A stretch of DNA of 64,000 nt from Owenia fusiformis. Its lineage: Eukaryota. Made by a program: the position numbers and the translations under genes. How positions within the stretch are numbered: the stretch's first letter is position 1; each line of letters begins with the position of its first letter. Below are positions 1-13,236 of the stretch, piece by piece. Location: NCBI GenBank assembly GCA_903813345.2, contig CAIIXF020000001.1:41354001-41418000 (forward strand). Direction: 5' to 3'. The notes under the pieces were generated by a model, which saw only the letters and a list, made by a program, of their open reading frames with translations, was not told the DNA's origin and made no database searches.

Positions 1-89
1 CTCACACTAAAACATGATAAGAATTACGCATATTGTAATTCGATGCATCCTCCCAATAAATATGTATCAGTGGGTCCTTTTCACACAAC

Positions 90-600
90 TCTAAACTAAT
101 ATTATCTCAAAATAGGCAGAAATGTATGAAAGAAATGTTCAAATCTAGAGTTGTTTCGGCATTTAACCAAGTAGTCTATCGCAAAGCTTTTTGCGCATGT
201 CAACATGACAGTCAAGGTCATGAACTTTAGTTTGAAGTTTCCTCTTTCCTTTCTAACATTTCTCATTATTCTTACGACTTTTACTTGGAAAATAAATCTG
301 ATGATCTATCATTAAACAAATATCTTTCGGTATAAAATTAGATAGACATCGAACGGTCTCTAGCGGAAATAATAAAGATAATCGGGGAGAACATATCATT
401 CAATTTGTGAGGCTCCACTAGGGATTTTTGCAATATTGTTTAGATTCTTGGTTCATTTAGCGATCTTTACTGTAAAAAATCCAATAACAATCCGTTCCAT
501 TATTATGCTCCTTTCTGATGTTGCTAATAAGTCATTTTTTGCAAGAAAACTTGGCCAGACATTAAATATGCCTATTTTTTATGTTTTTCTCATTTTCAAG
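90..600 (+). repeat. Old dispersed repeat with a second copy at about 42235-42700
   Basis: Shared colinear blocks atctcaaaatag, gtttcg.cattt.accaagtag and tttagcgatctttactgta..ccaataacaat. Confidence 0.65.
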
Positions 601-1794
601 TGGGTGCAAATGGATTCTCAGTTGGATGAATGCCTATTATCAAAATCTCAAGTGGGTGCAGCGCTATTGCTGCTGGGGAGATCACTACAGTGTAATATCT
701 TATTGTTGCGCTGGTAAGTCGTAAGAATAAAGATCAAAATCTTCACTATCTGGTTCTCTCAAATAGCTACCTGGAAAATCCACTAAGTAGTGAAACATCT
801 ACCTGATAAAAAAAGTTAAGTGAGACCTGAAGAGGCTCACAGATAGGAACAAAATTAGATGTTAGAAATAACATCTTGAAAATTGTCGAGGCATATTGTA
901 GCTTCTTATCCCGTTGGCAACCTCTTTATTTCCCAGACTTTAGCATATATTAATTTGTTCAAAGAAGTTGAACCTTTGTATTTTCCATATGTTGCTGATT
1001 CAAGTGTGTTTTGATTGATGGTGATGTGTTGAATACTAAAGTGTAACATGTGTAGTCTACCACCTACTTTAGGCCAATAGAGTTAAATTCTTTGTTTAAT
1101 ATCAGGTTTAAATAGAAATTTGCCATGTAACACAGATAAGAAGATTATGCAAAAATATAAAATGTCTTGGCATTTTGAAACTTTTTTATTGATGTTTACC
1201 ACTATAGTATCAATGCCAATGCCAATGCAGGGATAGATTTAACTTCACACAGGAGAAAGCAAGAGGATTCATTCATTAAGTTGTCTATAATTTCTTAAAT
1301 AAATGAAAAATGAAAGAGTACGTCAGTTACTACATGACAATAATATCACTTCACTGATTGGTCCCTTTAACTTTATCTAACTCTTGTAGAACCTAGAATA
1401 TAATCATTTTGAAATTTGAATGTTATATTACTTAAAGACTAGATTCAGCAGGAATAGCCAAGTTCCCACAGATCTTTTGTTGCTGATAGAAAACATCAAA
1501 ATCCTTTGGCCTTATAATTCCAAAGTGCATTTCAAAATATTTGCTAGCTCAGTTGTAATTACAAGACCATAAAACCAAAATGAGGCAAAAGTCAAAGTTG
1601 GAATAAATGTTGTAAATTATTAGAGTGGAGCCTTACAAAATAGATATATAACATTATGCAGTGATATTGCGTCAATAAAATGAGATTTGTTTTTAGACAT
1701 TGTTATAATATGCATAAATGGAGGTATCAGTATTTATTTATTTACTTTTTTTTTTAACTTTTTTTTCATCAGTTCAATAATTCAATGGACTACT

Positions 1795-2218
1795 AGATGC
1801 AAGTAGAAATATTCTTGATTTAAGTCATTAAATATTCAAAATTCAGTCAAAGTGATGCCAAATTTGAAATCTACATGTAAAAGTACATCTATAAATGAGG
1901 TTTCGAAGATTGTTTATCAACTTAAAATTTAATTTTTTTGAAAATGTGACTTCTAGTTTGGGGAGATTCCCCATTGACCCCATGTTATAAAATTACAAAA
2001 AAAAAGTGAAATATCTTTTCTTCTACTGTACAGATAACATTTTTACTGGATATATTTTAATTTGCATAACTATTAGATACATAAGGGTAATATGAAAATT
2101 GAACAACTAAAACAGATGAATATTTAAGTTAAATGGAACTTTCTACTATACCTGCCTTGCTATTTGACCCAAACGAGGCACCTTGTGGTGAAACTGGTAA
2201 CTACCCACTCACATCTGA
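1795..2218 (+). mobile_element. Diverged copy of the 430-bp MITE
   Basis: Colinear with 31400-31831 (agatgcaagtagaaat...ggtaactacccactcacatctg). Confidence 0.8.
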
Positions 2219-3242
2219 TTGTACAGGGTAGGGCAAAAATGTTACCCATTCTGATTTTATACTACTGCAATAAGGGTAACATTCTTGCCCCACCCTGTAT
2301 CTCCATTCAAAAAGATCCTAATCAAAAATTTTCTCTGGTAATATGTTTAAACTGCTAATTTGAAATGTTCAATAATTTTTGTGATGCATATGTGAGTTTC
2401 AATGAGCAGTCAGAGGCCTATTCAAGTCACTCTGATCTGGACTTGCACATAGTGTTTTCAGAATGGATAGGGAAATGATAAAACCTGATGTAACCTGAGA
2501 AATAAGAATACATCTTTTTACCATTCACTCATCAAGTTTTTTGAAAGTGTGTAATAGTGAGTCTGAGTTATTTATCTTGGTATTCTTCAATTACGGATTA
2601 TACAAGGATTGATAAATTAGAATGTTTTGATGTTATATCATTAAATCATCTCATGATTAAGAAAAGTGAAATTGCATTGTAAACATCCTTATTTCTTAGG
2701 AGCAGTAGCTTAACTCTTTGTTTAGTTCACAGAGACTGAAGCGGAATGAAATTTATATTGATTTCATAGAATTGTACAATGTAAAGTGGGAGTCTGTCGG
2801 GGTCTTTTTATACCTTATTTGTAAGGTCATGTTAAACTTATATCTCATTATTTTGAGGGTCTTATTATGTGAGGAATATGAACACCAGTTAAACATTTTC
2901 TACATCCTATTATTCTTGATTTTTATATATTCCTTTTTGGCTCACAGGGTTGTTAGCCTACGGAATTGCCTACTTACTTTGTTTGGTGTAGTAATCAATG
3001 CTATTATCACCGTAACAATAATAAAATTATGATGTCTGCAATGAGTTTAAGACACATCCAAAAATAGCGTGATAATTAAACTGGTTATAGGGTTTAAGTT
3101 TATAAATATATGCTGCATTTATGAGAGGAGACATATTTTGGTAGTGTACCGGGTAATGCTCTTGAACAATACCTCTTTTAATCATCTTGTTTTTATTCCA
3201 GTGTCTGATCTGTAACTGAGGGAAGAGAAGTTATTAATAACA

Positions 3243-6200
3243 ATGCATCGTAAAAAGAGGGAGATGGATACTTATTCCACTACATCAGGAACTTCTAAGA
3301 CTTCCGGAAGGTCCAGATTTTCGCAGAACTCAGAGAGACGGAAAACTCCAAGATTTTCACTGAGAGATATTTTTTATCGTGCTCAAACACGTCCTCTTAG
3401 CGATATGCAGAGGCGGAGAGTAACAGAAACACAATCTGAAGGAAACATACATTCAAGGATTGAACGTGATCGTATAGAGAGAGATAAAGATGCTTTAAAC
3501 GCTAGGGACCTGACTTCTTTACAGTCTATAGGCTCAGAAGAAGGGAGCCCAAAAACAGATTCGACATTGATTAAACGTGTTCCAAATGAACGGGGTTGTT
3601 TTGAATGCCCATTGTGCTTAGATGAACATAAGGAAGAGTTTTTTCCTAATATTATGACTTGTGCTCATAGATCTTGTATCACATGCCTAAAACAGTACTT
3701 AACGATCGAGATCTCGGAAAGTCGAATTGGAATATGTTGTCCAGAGTGCAGTGCCAGGTTCCATCCTAATGATATCAGTGCAATACTCCAGGATCTCCAC
3801 CTGATGTCCAAATATGAGGAATTTATGTTAAGACGGGTGCTTGTGACTGACTCAGATGTACGATGGTGTCCAGCACCGGATTGTGGGTATGTAACAATTT
3901 TGATGTAATTGATAATTGATTTATAACTTAATGCGTAAAATCTGAATAGCCTCTTCCCATGTGTCAAAATACAGAACTGATTTAAAAAATATATTTAGAT
4001 TAAAATTGTTTGTGGATTTACAATATCAATAAGAATAGACACTATAATATTTTCAGGCATGTTTTTTTTGTATATGAAAATTAAGAACTGATTACTTTTT
4101 GGTCACACTGGGTTTTTAAGGCAACCATTTTTTAAGTTTTAGGTGTATTGTTTTGTTCACCCTCTGCCTTACAAAACTGTCTAACACATGAACATCCATT
4201 TCAAAGTTCATTTTGACCTACTTTAACCAGTACATTATTATGTATATGCAACTATTTATCATAGGCATTCAGAGTTAACATTTTGAGTGGGGTCAAATTT
4301 TATGAGCTGTATGTCAGTTTTATTATTGGAGCACATAAATCTTGTCATCAGAATTCCAGAAAAAACTTCTTTGTTCAGCTTGAAAATTTTACAGATGCAA
4401 GAGCATACTAGTCTGATCAGGTTTTGGACATGCTGGGTAAATACTTGTTGGCCATTTATAAATTGTTCTTGAAATGGATACCATAAAACAACCTGAACCC
4501 ATTACCATGTTATACATTTATTTATGTATTTAACATCTTGAACCAGGTATGCAGTCATAGCAGCAGGGTGTGCCAGTTGTCCAAAACTTCGTTGTGAACG
4601 GCCAGGATGTGGGACCTCATTTTGTTACCATTGTAAACAGACGTGGCACCCAAACCAGACCTGTGATGCTGCCCGGGCTGAGAGGTCACCAAATCTGAGA
4701 TCCGACTCTTTAAGCTTTAGTCATGATTCTAATAATGCTCAGAGTAAGTGATCAAAAACAAAACAAAGGTAGTTTCTTCTGGGGGAGGGGGTAGTAAATG
4801 ACCCTCTTCGTTTCAATTAATCAGACTTTATACATGCCTTCTATAAGCTGTGAACAAAGTCAATATTTCACCTAGTATTTATTCATCAATACAATCCCTG
4901 GTCTGTACTAAGTGTTTTGTCCAGTGTTAAACACTAAACCGGAAGTAGGAAATTAAGTGACGATTTTGCAAAATTTTGTTGAGTTTTCATGTTCAAATCA
5001 TAATATAGACTACAGATCAGGTATTATATTGAGTAATAGTCAAGCAGCTATCACGAATGAAATCTATTGGATACACAATCATTTTATTTTAAATTTGTAA
5101 ATATGAACAACTTCAACAACTTAACACAACTGGGTGACTGCAGACATTTTGATCTCTAAGCTTCATGATCTTCCCTTAGTATTTTTTTAATATTATTCAT
5201 ATATATTTACTGTCCTTCAGGTGACATTAAGCCTTGCCCTCGCTGTGGCGCATTTATCGTTAAAATGGATGATGGGTCGTGCAATCATATGACGTGTGCT
5301 GTGTGTGGTGCTGAATTCTGCTGGTTGTGTATGAAGGAAATATCAGACTTACATTATTTGAGGTATGTAATGAAGGTTGCTATGCCAATGGTCGTACTAA
5401 TGATTGCTATGGGTGGAAACCACCATGGTTGCCATGAAAGTCATTATGATAACTATGGAAGCTATGCAGTCATGTTGTATCTAATGAATCATAACATGTT
5501 AACAAATTAGGTTGTATTTTCATGTCAAACACTCAAAAATAATTTCAGAGATTCTCAAGCTAAATGAATGGTTGTGTGATAGGTAATATACCCAAAAAAC
5601 TTTCAATCTTAGGCAGTCATTTATTAAAGAAAGAAGATAGGGGTGCATGTTTGATTACCCAGCTAATCTTTAAAGTAAATGCTCTAATACCTTGTTTTTT
5701 AGTCCATCTGGCTGTACATTTTGGGGGAAGAAGCCATGGAGTCGCAAAAAGAAAATCCTGTGGCAGTTAGGTATGCTTGCAGGGGCCCCTGTAGGCATCA
5801 GTCTAGTAGCAGGGATAGCAGTGCCAGCTATGATCATTGGAATACCTGTCTGGGTTGGTAGAAAGGTAGAGACATTTAAGATTTATTCTGTTCTGAGCTA
5901 TAAATCATATTTATATACATACAATAATTATATTCAAATGGAAATGGTGTACATGTACTGTCTTCGATTTACAATGTTTGAATGGCATACAATGAAACCT
6001 ACTATTAAGACTACTTATAACTTATTTGTTTTAATGCGTTTTAGATCTTATTCATTATCTCAGTAACCTCAAGATTCACATGTTATGCCATGCAATGATA
6101 GGTGTAAAAACTACTTCACACCTATTATTGGAAGTCTTGTTTCTCCATATATTGATAAATCCCCCTTTCTTGTTTCAGCTTCATACAAAATATGAGAATG

Positions 6201-9200
6201 CGGGTAAACATAAGAGAAACTTAGCAATTACGGGTGGAGTGGCATCATCTATCTTGGTGTCACCAATTGTTGCTGGGTTAGCAGTCAGTAAGTGCTTTAC
6301 CTGATTTGTATGAGTTAGTTTAACAATACCATATTTGGCTAAACACAAGAGAAACTTGGCAATTACAGGTTAGGTTGCGTCATCTCTCTTCAATTTGCCA
6401 ATTATCGCAATTTAGTTTGTGGAGTGAGTCACATGTCATGCCACTTGCTAGGCAAGCAATTTTTTCAAGCTTTTGTTACTTTGTAATTTCAAGAAAGAAC
6501 CTTTGTATATATGTCAATGACGCAAATTGCAAGCAGTTAAGAATTTGTGAAGGCATTTTTGAGAAAGAGCCCGAGGTTCATTGATTTATTGTGCAATAAA
6601 TGACAAATGATTTTTCGGGTGATTTATAAATTAATGAACTCAGATCAAGATCTTTGTCCCAATTCTAGTTTGAATAATAAACATGTAAACAGCTAATACC
6701 AATTTCATTAGATGCTGATAAGTCAGGAGACGTATGCATACCAACCACTACCCCAAAATATACCTTATATTCAATGCTTCTGTTCTCTTTGAGTTTGAGT
6801 TTGGTCTCTGCACCAGGAACACCTTGAGGATGAATATATTTGGAATCTAAATCCTCTTTAGTTTATTATCCCATCGAACGAAGTTCGGAGGGATATAGGG
6901 AACGCCTCCGTCCGTCCATCCGTCCGTCCGTCCGTACGTACGTCCGTACGTACATCCGTCCGTCTGTCCGTCCGTCCGTCCGTCCGGGCAATAACTCAAA
7001 TACCGTTGGCCCGATTTTGTTCATATTTCGTACACATATACCCTATGGGAGTAGAAGTTCTGCTCAAAAGCCGATTTTCAAAATGGCCGCTCATTTCAAA
7101 ATGGCGGCCATTTTAGTGACGATTTTACAGTAATTTAGGTGCAATATGTAAAACTATAATAGCAATATGTTTTAAATGTAAAAAAAATTATAAAGGACAT
7201 TTATAATGCTACAAATGCAGCCATCTTGAAAAATGGCGGCCTTTACTCGTCATTTTACGATTTTTGCTGTAACTCAAAAAGTAGTGGAGCGATTTTGTTC
7301 ATATTTGGTATGTGAATACTATAAGCATGGCACACTGTCCTATGACACTTTTGGTAGAAGGCGGCCATTTTGAAAACAATTTTGAAAAATGGCCGCCATT
7401 TTAATGTATTTTACTATAACTCGAAAAGTAGTGGAGCGATTTTGTTCATATTTGGTATGTGAATACTATAAGCATGGCACACTGTCCTTTGACACTTTTG
7501 GTAGAAGGCGGCCATTTTGAAAACAATTTTGAAAAATGGCTGCAATTTTAACGTGTTTTACTAATACTCGAAAAGTAGTGGAGCGATTTTGTTCATATTT
7601 GGTATGTGAATACTATAAGCATAGAACACCGTCTATTTCTAATGACGCTTTTGGTAGAAGGTGGCCATTTTGAAAAATGGCCGCCATTTTAACGTATTTT
7701 ACTATAACTCGAAAAGTAGTTGAGCGTTTTTGTTCATATTTGATATGTGAATACTTTAAAGGGTGACGCATATCGTTTAGCAAATAGAACGCTAGTTTCT
7801 GGTGTTGCTCACCGTTTAGTATAAAAGGCCCGATCCCGGAATAATACTCAAGGGTTCACAGGCTCGAGGTCGTTGTGTCAACACCTCTAACTGTTATATA
7901 GCATAAGTATATTATAGATCGTCACACATTTATAAAAGGGTGATTTTTATTTTGACAAATCAATTCCACATTTATGGGTGAAGTTTCAGGATCGTCTATT
8001 TGTGTATAATGAGGAAAAATTGACATCTAAATTTCCCCATAACGTAATAGCACACAGCTTGGCATATGAAATATCCTACAAATGAAACAAAGCAGTTCTA
8101 ATACAAGGATTTATATTGGCTGTTGTACATATTCTTTGAACGCAATCACTCTATGGATAACGTTTTCAAAATTATTATAAACGGATTACTTTATCTCAAA
8201 GACAATTTCAATAAACTGGATTTTACAGAACTCCCCTTATTTCTTAAAAATGGACTGATCCAGGAGCCGCCATATTGTTTTTATACGGGAAGCTTATCGG
8301 AACCCTTTAAGCATGGCACATTGTCTAATAAAACTTTGGGGAGTAGTCGGCCATTTTGAAAAATGGCCACCATTTTTACATGTGTTATTTTACAAGTACG
8401 TGTGCAATTTTTCAAAAATTTTAGAGGTGGCTACTTAAAAGCATATTATTTCTTCTGATGACAACTTGGCTAGTGAGCAACCAATTCGAAAATGGTGGCC
8501 TTTCTGGTGTGTTGTTTTATGATATTTGCGCTTCGTTTGTAAAAATGCCAGCCATTTCTGTTCGATGGGATTCGCTACGCTTTGGCGTTGCCATTGTTCT
8601 GGTTTTCATTCTCTTTGCTTGACATTGTATTTGTATTCACACATTGTTTTTTTCAGGTATTGGAGTGCCTATTTTATTAGCATATGTATATGGTGTGGTG
8701 CCGATTTCTTTATGCCGTAGTGGAGGCTGCGGCGTGTCTACTTCAACAACAGGTGTTCGTTTCGAATTTGATGATGACAATGAAGTAACTGTAGGAGTGT
8801 CTGGTCCCTTCTCTTCAGGTATACCATAACTATTAGTTTATTTCCCATAATGATTCACTGTCAAACAGCTTTAAGTATTACCTGATAAAATTATTTTGGC
8901 AATGCTTGTGACATTTGTTGTACATTTTTGTTTACAACTAAAACTTTTGGGTGAATGAAATCTATTTTGGTTAACATCAAATATGACAGTGAACGTAGGA
9001 TATATTTGAAGATCAAGATTACTTACATATTGGACTGGTTCATAGAACTTTTCTTTTGAAGAAAAGCTATATTCGAAATTCCCATAAATCTCTCACAATT
9101 GTAATTTTGTCAAATTCCCTTCACTCTATCTTAGTAGCTTTAATAAATGTGTCTTCCCCTTCAGGTGACAACCAGAGTGTTGGCACAGCCAGTCACAATG

Positions 9201-11750
9201 TGGCAAACCCTAGTATAGGACCCAGTATCGGGGATGCCTCCCTTGCCTTTACACAAAGCCTTAGCGCCAGTGGGAGCCAGATGGATAGAGCTGGCATTAT
9301 CAGGGATGAAAGTGATAGGTTAGCCAACAAAAATCTTATTTTTAATTTGACTTGTTCCTTTTATTTTTCCTGAATTTAATTTTTAATAAAAGCAACACAA
9401 GAAGTAGAGGTAGTGGTCATTTAATAGTAAATATACTCTCTTTAAATTAATATACATGTATTTTCATTGTTTTCTTTTACAGAGATTCTGCAAGTAACAG
9501 AGCCATGGCTGGGGCTAGCCTTAATGGGAGTCTATCAGGAAGCACTGTGGCCGGTTCTCATGGATTCAGCAATAGGTACATATTCTTTGTGGTCATTTGA
9601 TCTTTCTCAACTGTATAAAACCTTTTTACTTATTCCAAAAAGTAAACAATCTCAATGAGGTACAGTATTTGTTTGTTCATTAAAGCGTAGGACCTATGAA
9701 TTCAGTGAGGTACAGCATCTGTTGGTTCATTGAAAAAAATTCCCTTAAATCACTGAGGTATAGTGCCTGTATAATCAGTACAATGTTTCAACGAGGAACC
9801 GTTTCTGCTAGTTCAATGAGGTAGAGTTCATCTTATTCAGTGAGAAACAGTTACTGTTAGTTGAATGCCTGTTATTCAGTAACAAACATTACTTGTTGTT
9901 TCAATGCTTTGAAGAATACTTAACAATAACTAAACATGTTTCAGGCTGGAGGTGCACGCTGATGTGACCACAAGTCATTCAATGATGGGAAGCGACAAGT
10001 ACAGTCTGAAGTCAGCGGCTGTCTCCTTTGATGATGATATCAAAGGTGGAGATGACGCCAGCACTCGGACCTTACATGGTTCTTTAGTCAGTAACAGGTA
10101 AGTCTATTTTTTTATAATTGTTATTAGTGATAAAAAAGTTAGTTAGTTACAGAAAAGTCTGCCCTCTGATTGTTTTTGGCCCACACTGTGAACCTATGCG
10201 ATGATCCCAACGACCTCAAGTTTTTTAAAAAAATTTAAAGAAAACAGTCACATTTCCATTAAATGTCCAAAATATGCTGTATTGAACTACAAGGTGATGC
10301 TTGTAAGTTACAGCCTCAAAAATGATAGCTCTTGACATTTACTCATGGAATTTGGTCGAAACGTCTGAGTTTTTAACATAATGTTAATGTTTCCTTTTTT
10401 TGTGACTGCGGATGGTGTCAAGTGTCTGGCATTTGGTGTCTGTAACAAATGGCAGGTGGTGACATTTGCGTGTTATGCATTGTTTGTTCAAATTTTGATC
10501 AGTCATCTCCATTTTCTGAGCCCTCTTGGTTTCAATAAATAAGCAATTTTGATGATATTTTGGTAACAGTTCACTTTTTGAGCACAGAGTTTGTGTGTCC
10601 TTTTTGTCATCATAGTAAATGATAATTGATATACTCATACAGCACTTATGTTATGCTTGAATGTGCAATATCAATTCTCTGTTTTAAAAGCTGACATGGA
10701 CATTTTGATTCATTGTTAACAAAGAGGAGCTGCAGCACTCTCGCCAGGAAATATTCAGAATGTGAAGGAAATCATATTTATGTTATATTTTATCCTTTTC
10801 ACATGTTATTTTTGTGTATTCAGTCATGTTTAGACTGGAAACAATGATGATTTACAATAGGTTGTGGTGGGAGCTAAATGGAGTGTGGTGCTGCGCCACT
10901 TTCGAAAAGCCTAGCGAGAGCCCTGTGCTGCCCTCTATTATAGATTTTAGAAATTTTGGTTTGTGTAATAAGTACACACATATTTGCTGCTGCTATTTTT
11001 ATATCTCATTTCATGCAGTCCAATATTTTACTTATATCATTTTCTACTTGCAGAGACAAAGACAATGTATCTATCACAACAGCTCCATCTATTGAGCTTA
11101 CAGAGAACCCACGATCGCGTCACAATAGCAGTAGCAGTCATAGTAAAAATCTGTCCAATCACGGCTCACCAACATCAAACCGTAGCGTCAATTTTCTTGA
11201 TGATGGACTGAGAAAGCTTGGGAGTAAGAAGAAATATAAGAGACAGTGTATAAGTGTGGGAGATAAGATTCATGAGCACTCTGAGAAAAGCCCAGATGCT
11301 ATGAGTGTAAAAAGCCTAGAAGCTGGTGCTACCTGTAAAGTTGAGCCCCAGCTTAAGTCAACCATCAAGATGGAGAAAACTACGACATCCGGCAGTTCCA
11401 GCATACGTAAAGCAGTCCTTGAGGTTCACAAAGTGTCTCTTAATACAAGCGACTCTTCCAAGGGGTCTCTGAGCTCATCTTATGAAAGTGTGACATCTCA
11501 TGGTGCTCAAAACAAGCTCAATCTTCCAGAAGTGGAGGTAGATCGCCCACGAGATGGACCACACGTACAAATATCCAATGTTTCATCTTCGATTCATATC
11601 AACAAACAATCTGAGGAGAGTGAAAAAGAAATTAAAGTCTCGAAGAAGGAAATTTTGGATGGCACTCGAAAAAAGGATACTTACGTTAAGGAGCCTAGAA
11701 GAAGAACATCCTGTGAAATTGCCATGAGTGACTTAGTTAGCTTACCATAA
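3243..11750 (+). CDS. RNF19: RBR (RING1-IBR-RING2) E3 ubiquitin ligase of the RNF19A/RNF19B (Dorfin) family, 10 coding exons, 837 aa
   Basis: Exons 3243-3886, 4547-4743, 5221-5362, 5703-5865, 6179-6287, 8657-8818, 9165-9318, 9483-9575, 9945-10097 and 11054-11750. All introns are GT-AG and phase-consistent (2514 nt total). RING1 [59 protein letters not shown]2 [26 protein letters not shown]; then [18 protein letters not shown], hydrophobic TM segments and RLEVHADV, all typical of RNF19. An acceptor at 3200-3201 implies an upstream non-coding exon. Confidence 0.95.
6338..6429 (+). pseudogene. Decayed tandem duplicate of RNF19 coding exon 5
   Basis: Reads [23 protein letters not shown] versus [24 protein letters not shown] in the real exon 6179-6287. 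In-frame TAG at 6371-6373; ends in a donor-like A|GTGAGT (6424-6429). Confidence 0.8.
6863..8604 (+). mobile_element. Helentron-associated non-autonomous element (HINE/DINE-1-like), family 1, copy 1, in an RNF19 intron
   Basis: 5' subterminal ATCCCATCGAAC (6868-6879) with adjacent inverted GTTCGGAGGGAT; (CCGT)n microsatellite at about 6908-6985; roughly 146-bp tandem core repeats; 3' inverted copy GTTCGATGGGAT (8560-8571); hairpin GCTACGC-TTTG-GCGTTGC; T-rich ends; no TSD. Confidence 0.85.
7760..8306. mobile_element. 547-bp TTAA-specific insertion (Kolobok-like non-autonomous element) nested in HINE copy 1
   Basis: Interrupts the core repeat gaatact(a/t)taa|gcatggcac. TTAA at 7756-7759 and 8307-8310; ends AGGGT...ACCCT. 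Confidence 0.75.
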
Positions 11751-11885
11751 AAATACAAAACTTTGATAATGAATAGAAATGGAGATTTTGCCTTACATAA
11801 AATTTAAACCTATTGAAAATTTATTCTGACCTTGAGTTTTAGTGAAGGTTAATGATTAGTGAAAATTTAAGGTAAATGACCAAAG

Positions 11886-11906
11886 AATAAATGGTGAATC
11901 AATAAA
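11886..11906 (+). promoter_or_regulatory. Two candidate polyadenylation signals for RNF19
   Basis: AATAAA at 11886-11891 and 11901-11906, about 140 nt after the stop codon. Weak evidence in AT-rich DNA. Confidence 0.35.
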
Positions 11907-12057
11907 AGCCCTTAATTGCAATATTTTTATCTTCCAATATCAATTCAATATTTGTATTACATTACCTTGTTGACAGCTGTGCTGGAATATTTTTGAATGA
12001 AAATGAGTTTCTATAGGATGATTTTAGGGATCGGATCAACATTTGACATCTGATGAA

Positions 12058-12510
12058 ATAATTTTGGATCAAATTCCTTTATAAAATATGTGAACTTGCG
12101 TTTAAGGAGGGAAAAAGGGTTGACTTTTGTTAATACCTTATTATGCAAACCAAGCCCTTTTTGTCCAGTGTAGTCACATCCTAGTGTTTACAAAACAGTC
12201 ACCCCCATGAAAATTATGACGCATCTTAATTTGTCATGAAATATCGATCAAAATACAATGTTTTGTAAAAATTTTGCCAACACATAACAATCATGAGTTT
12301 CATCAGTAAAAGTGAGATGGTATTTAGAAAAACATTATACCATGGGGCAAATTTCATCAGTTAATTGGGGTAAGTTGACAACAGAGGTTCAATTTGGGGA
12401 AAAGGGCTGGGTTTGCACAAAAGAAGTATTAACAAAAGTCCATCCTTTTTTACCCGACCCCTAATGCAAGTTTACATGTTTTATAAAAGTACTTTATTCA
12501 AAATTATAAC
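12058..12510. repeat. Degenerate inverted repeat (old MITE)
   Basis: About 12080-12162 (gacttttgttaatacctt..tgcaaaccaagcccttt) pairs with about 12400-12486 (aaagggctgggtttgca..aagtattaacaaaagtc). Confidence 0.6.
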
Positions 12511-12557
12511 TGTATGATAAAAGTGAGATATTAGTGCATTTTCATAATCAGATTTAA

Positions 12558-12915
12558 AGGTAGAATCTGTTTTAGAGGAATAACAAAATTGCTGGAGTAC
12601 TAGGTTTATACCATCTCAAATAGCTTTAGGTCTAATGTTATCCTCTTATTATCAATTCTCAAAATTTACACTGAAATTCAGTTATGCTTTGGTATCAAAA
12701 TGGTTGTTCTGAGCATGTTAAAATTTTCACACAAAATTTAACTTTGAGTTGATACGATTGTCTCTTGATTCTAGTCATTCTTACCAGGATTTCAAAAATA
12801 GGCTATCTAATTTACCCACTCATCGTGACTTCTGCCAATATAAACACATGGAATTACTAAGAAGAATAAAAGAGTAATATTTAAAAAAAATTCCTATCTA
12901 TTTCAGATTCTACCT
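12558..12915. mobile_element. Kolobok-like MITE with TTAA duplication
   Basis: TTAA|AGGTAGAATCTG...CAGATTCTACCT|TTAA. Confidence 0.7.
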
Positions 12916-13236
12916 TTAAATGCTTGCAACTTATTTTATATCCAAATTGTACTAATTGTATAATTGCAGCATGTGATATCTATAAACTATAAATATCTCA
13001 GTTATATTAGTGTTAATATATGTTATTATTCCCCCGTCACTATTTGGCTGAACAAGCAATCATTCATACATTTAATTCTTTGTATATTTTTGTATTCATT
13101 TTCATATTAAACATTTAGTTCTCATATCCTTATGGATTGGATTAAATATGAATATGTCATTTCTTAGTGAAATTAACTTTATTTAAAACTTGTGGGTAAA
13201 GTTCCCCTTTTAACTTGGTGACATTTTACATGTATG

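Noticed and set aside
6840..7133. 97-aa ORF with RPSV repeats, and its twin at 13215-13463
   Set aside because: Translation of the (CCGT)n microsatellite in the HINE 5' end, not a gene.
10326..10371. GTCGAAACGTC resembling a minimal Penelope-type hammerhead 3' half
   Set aside because: The CTGANGA core is absent (cttgacat); at most a dead remnant.
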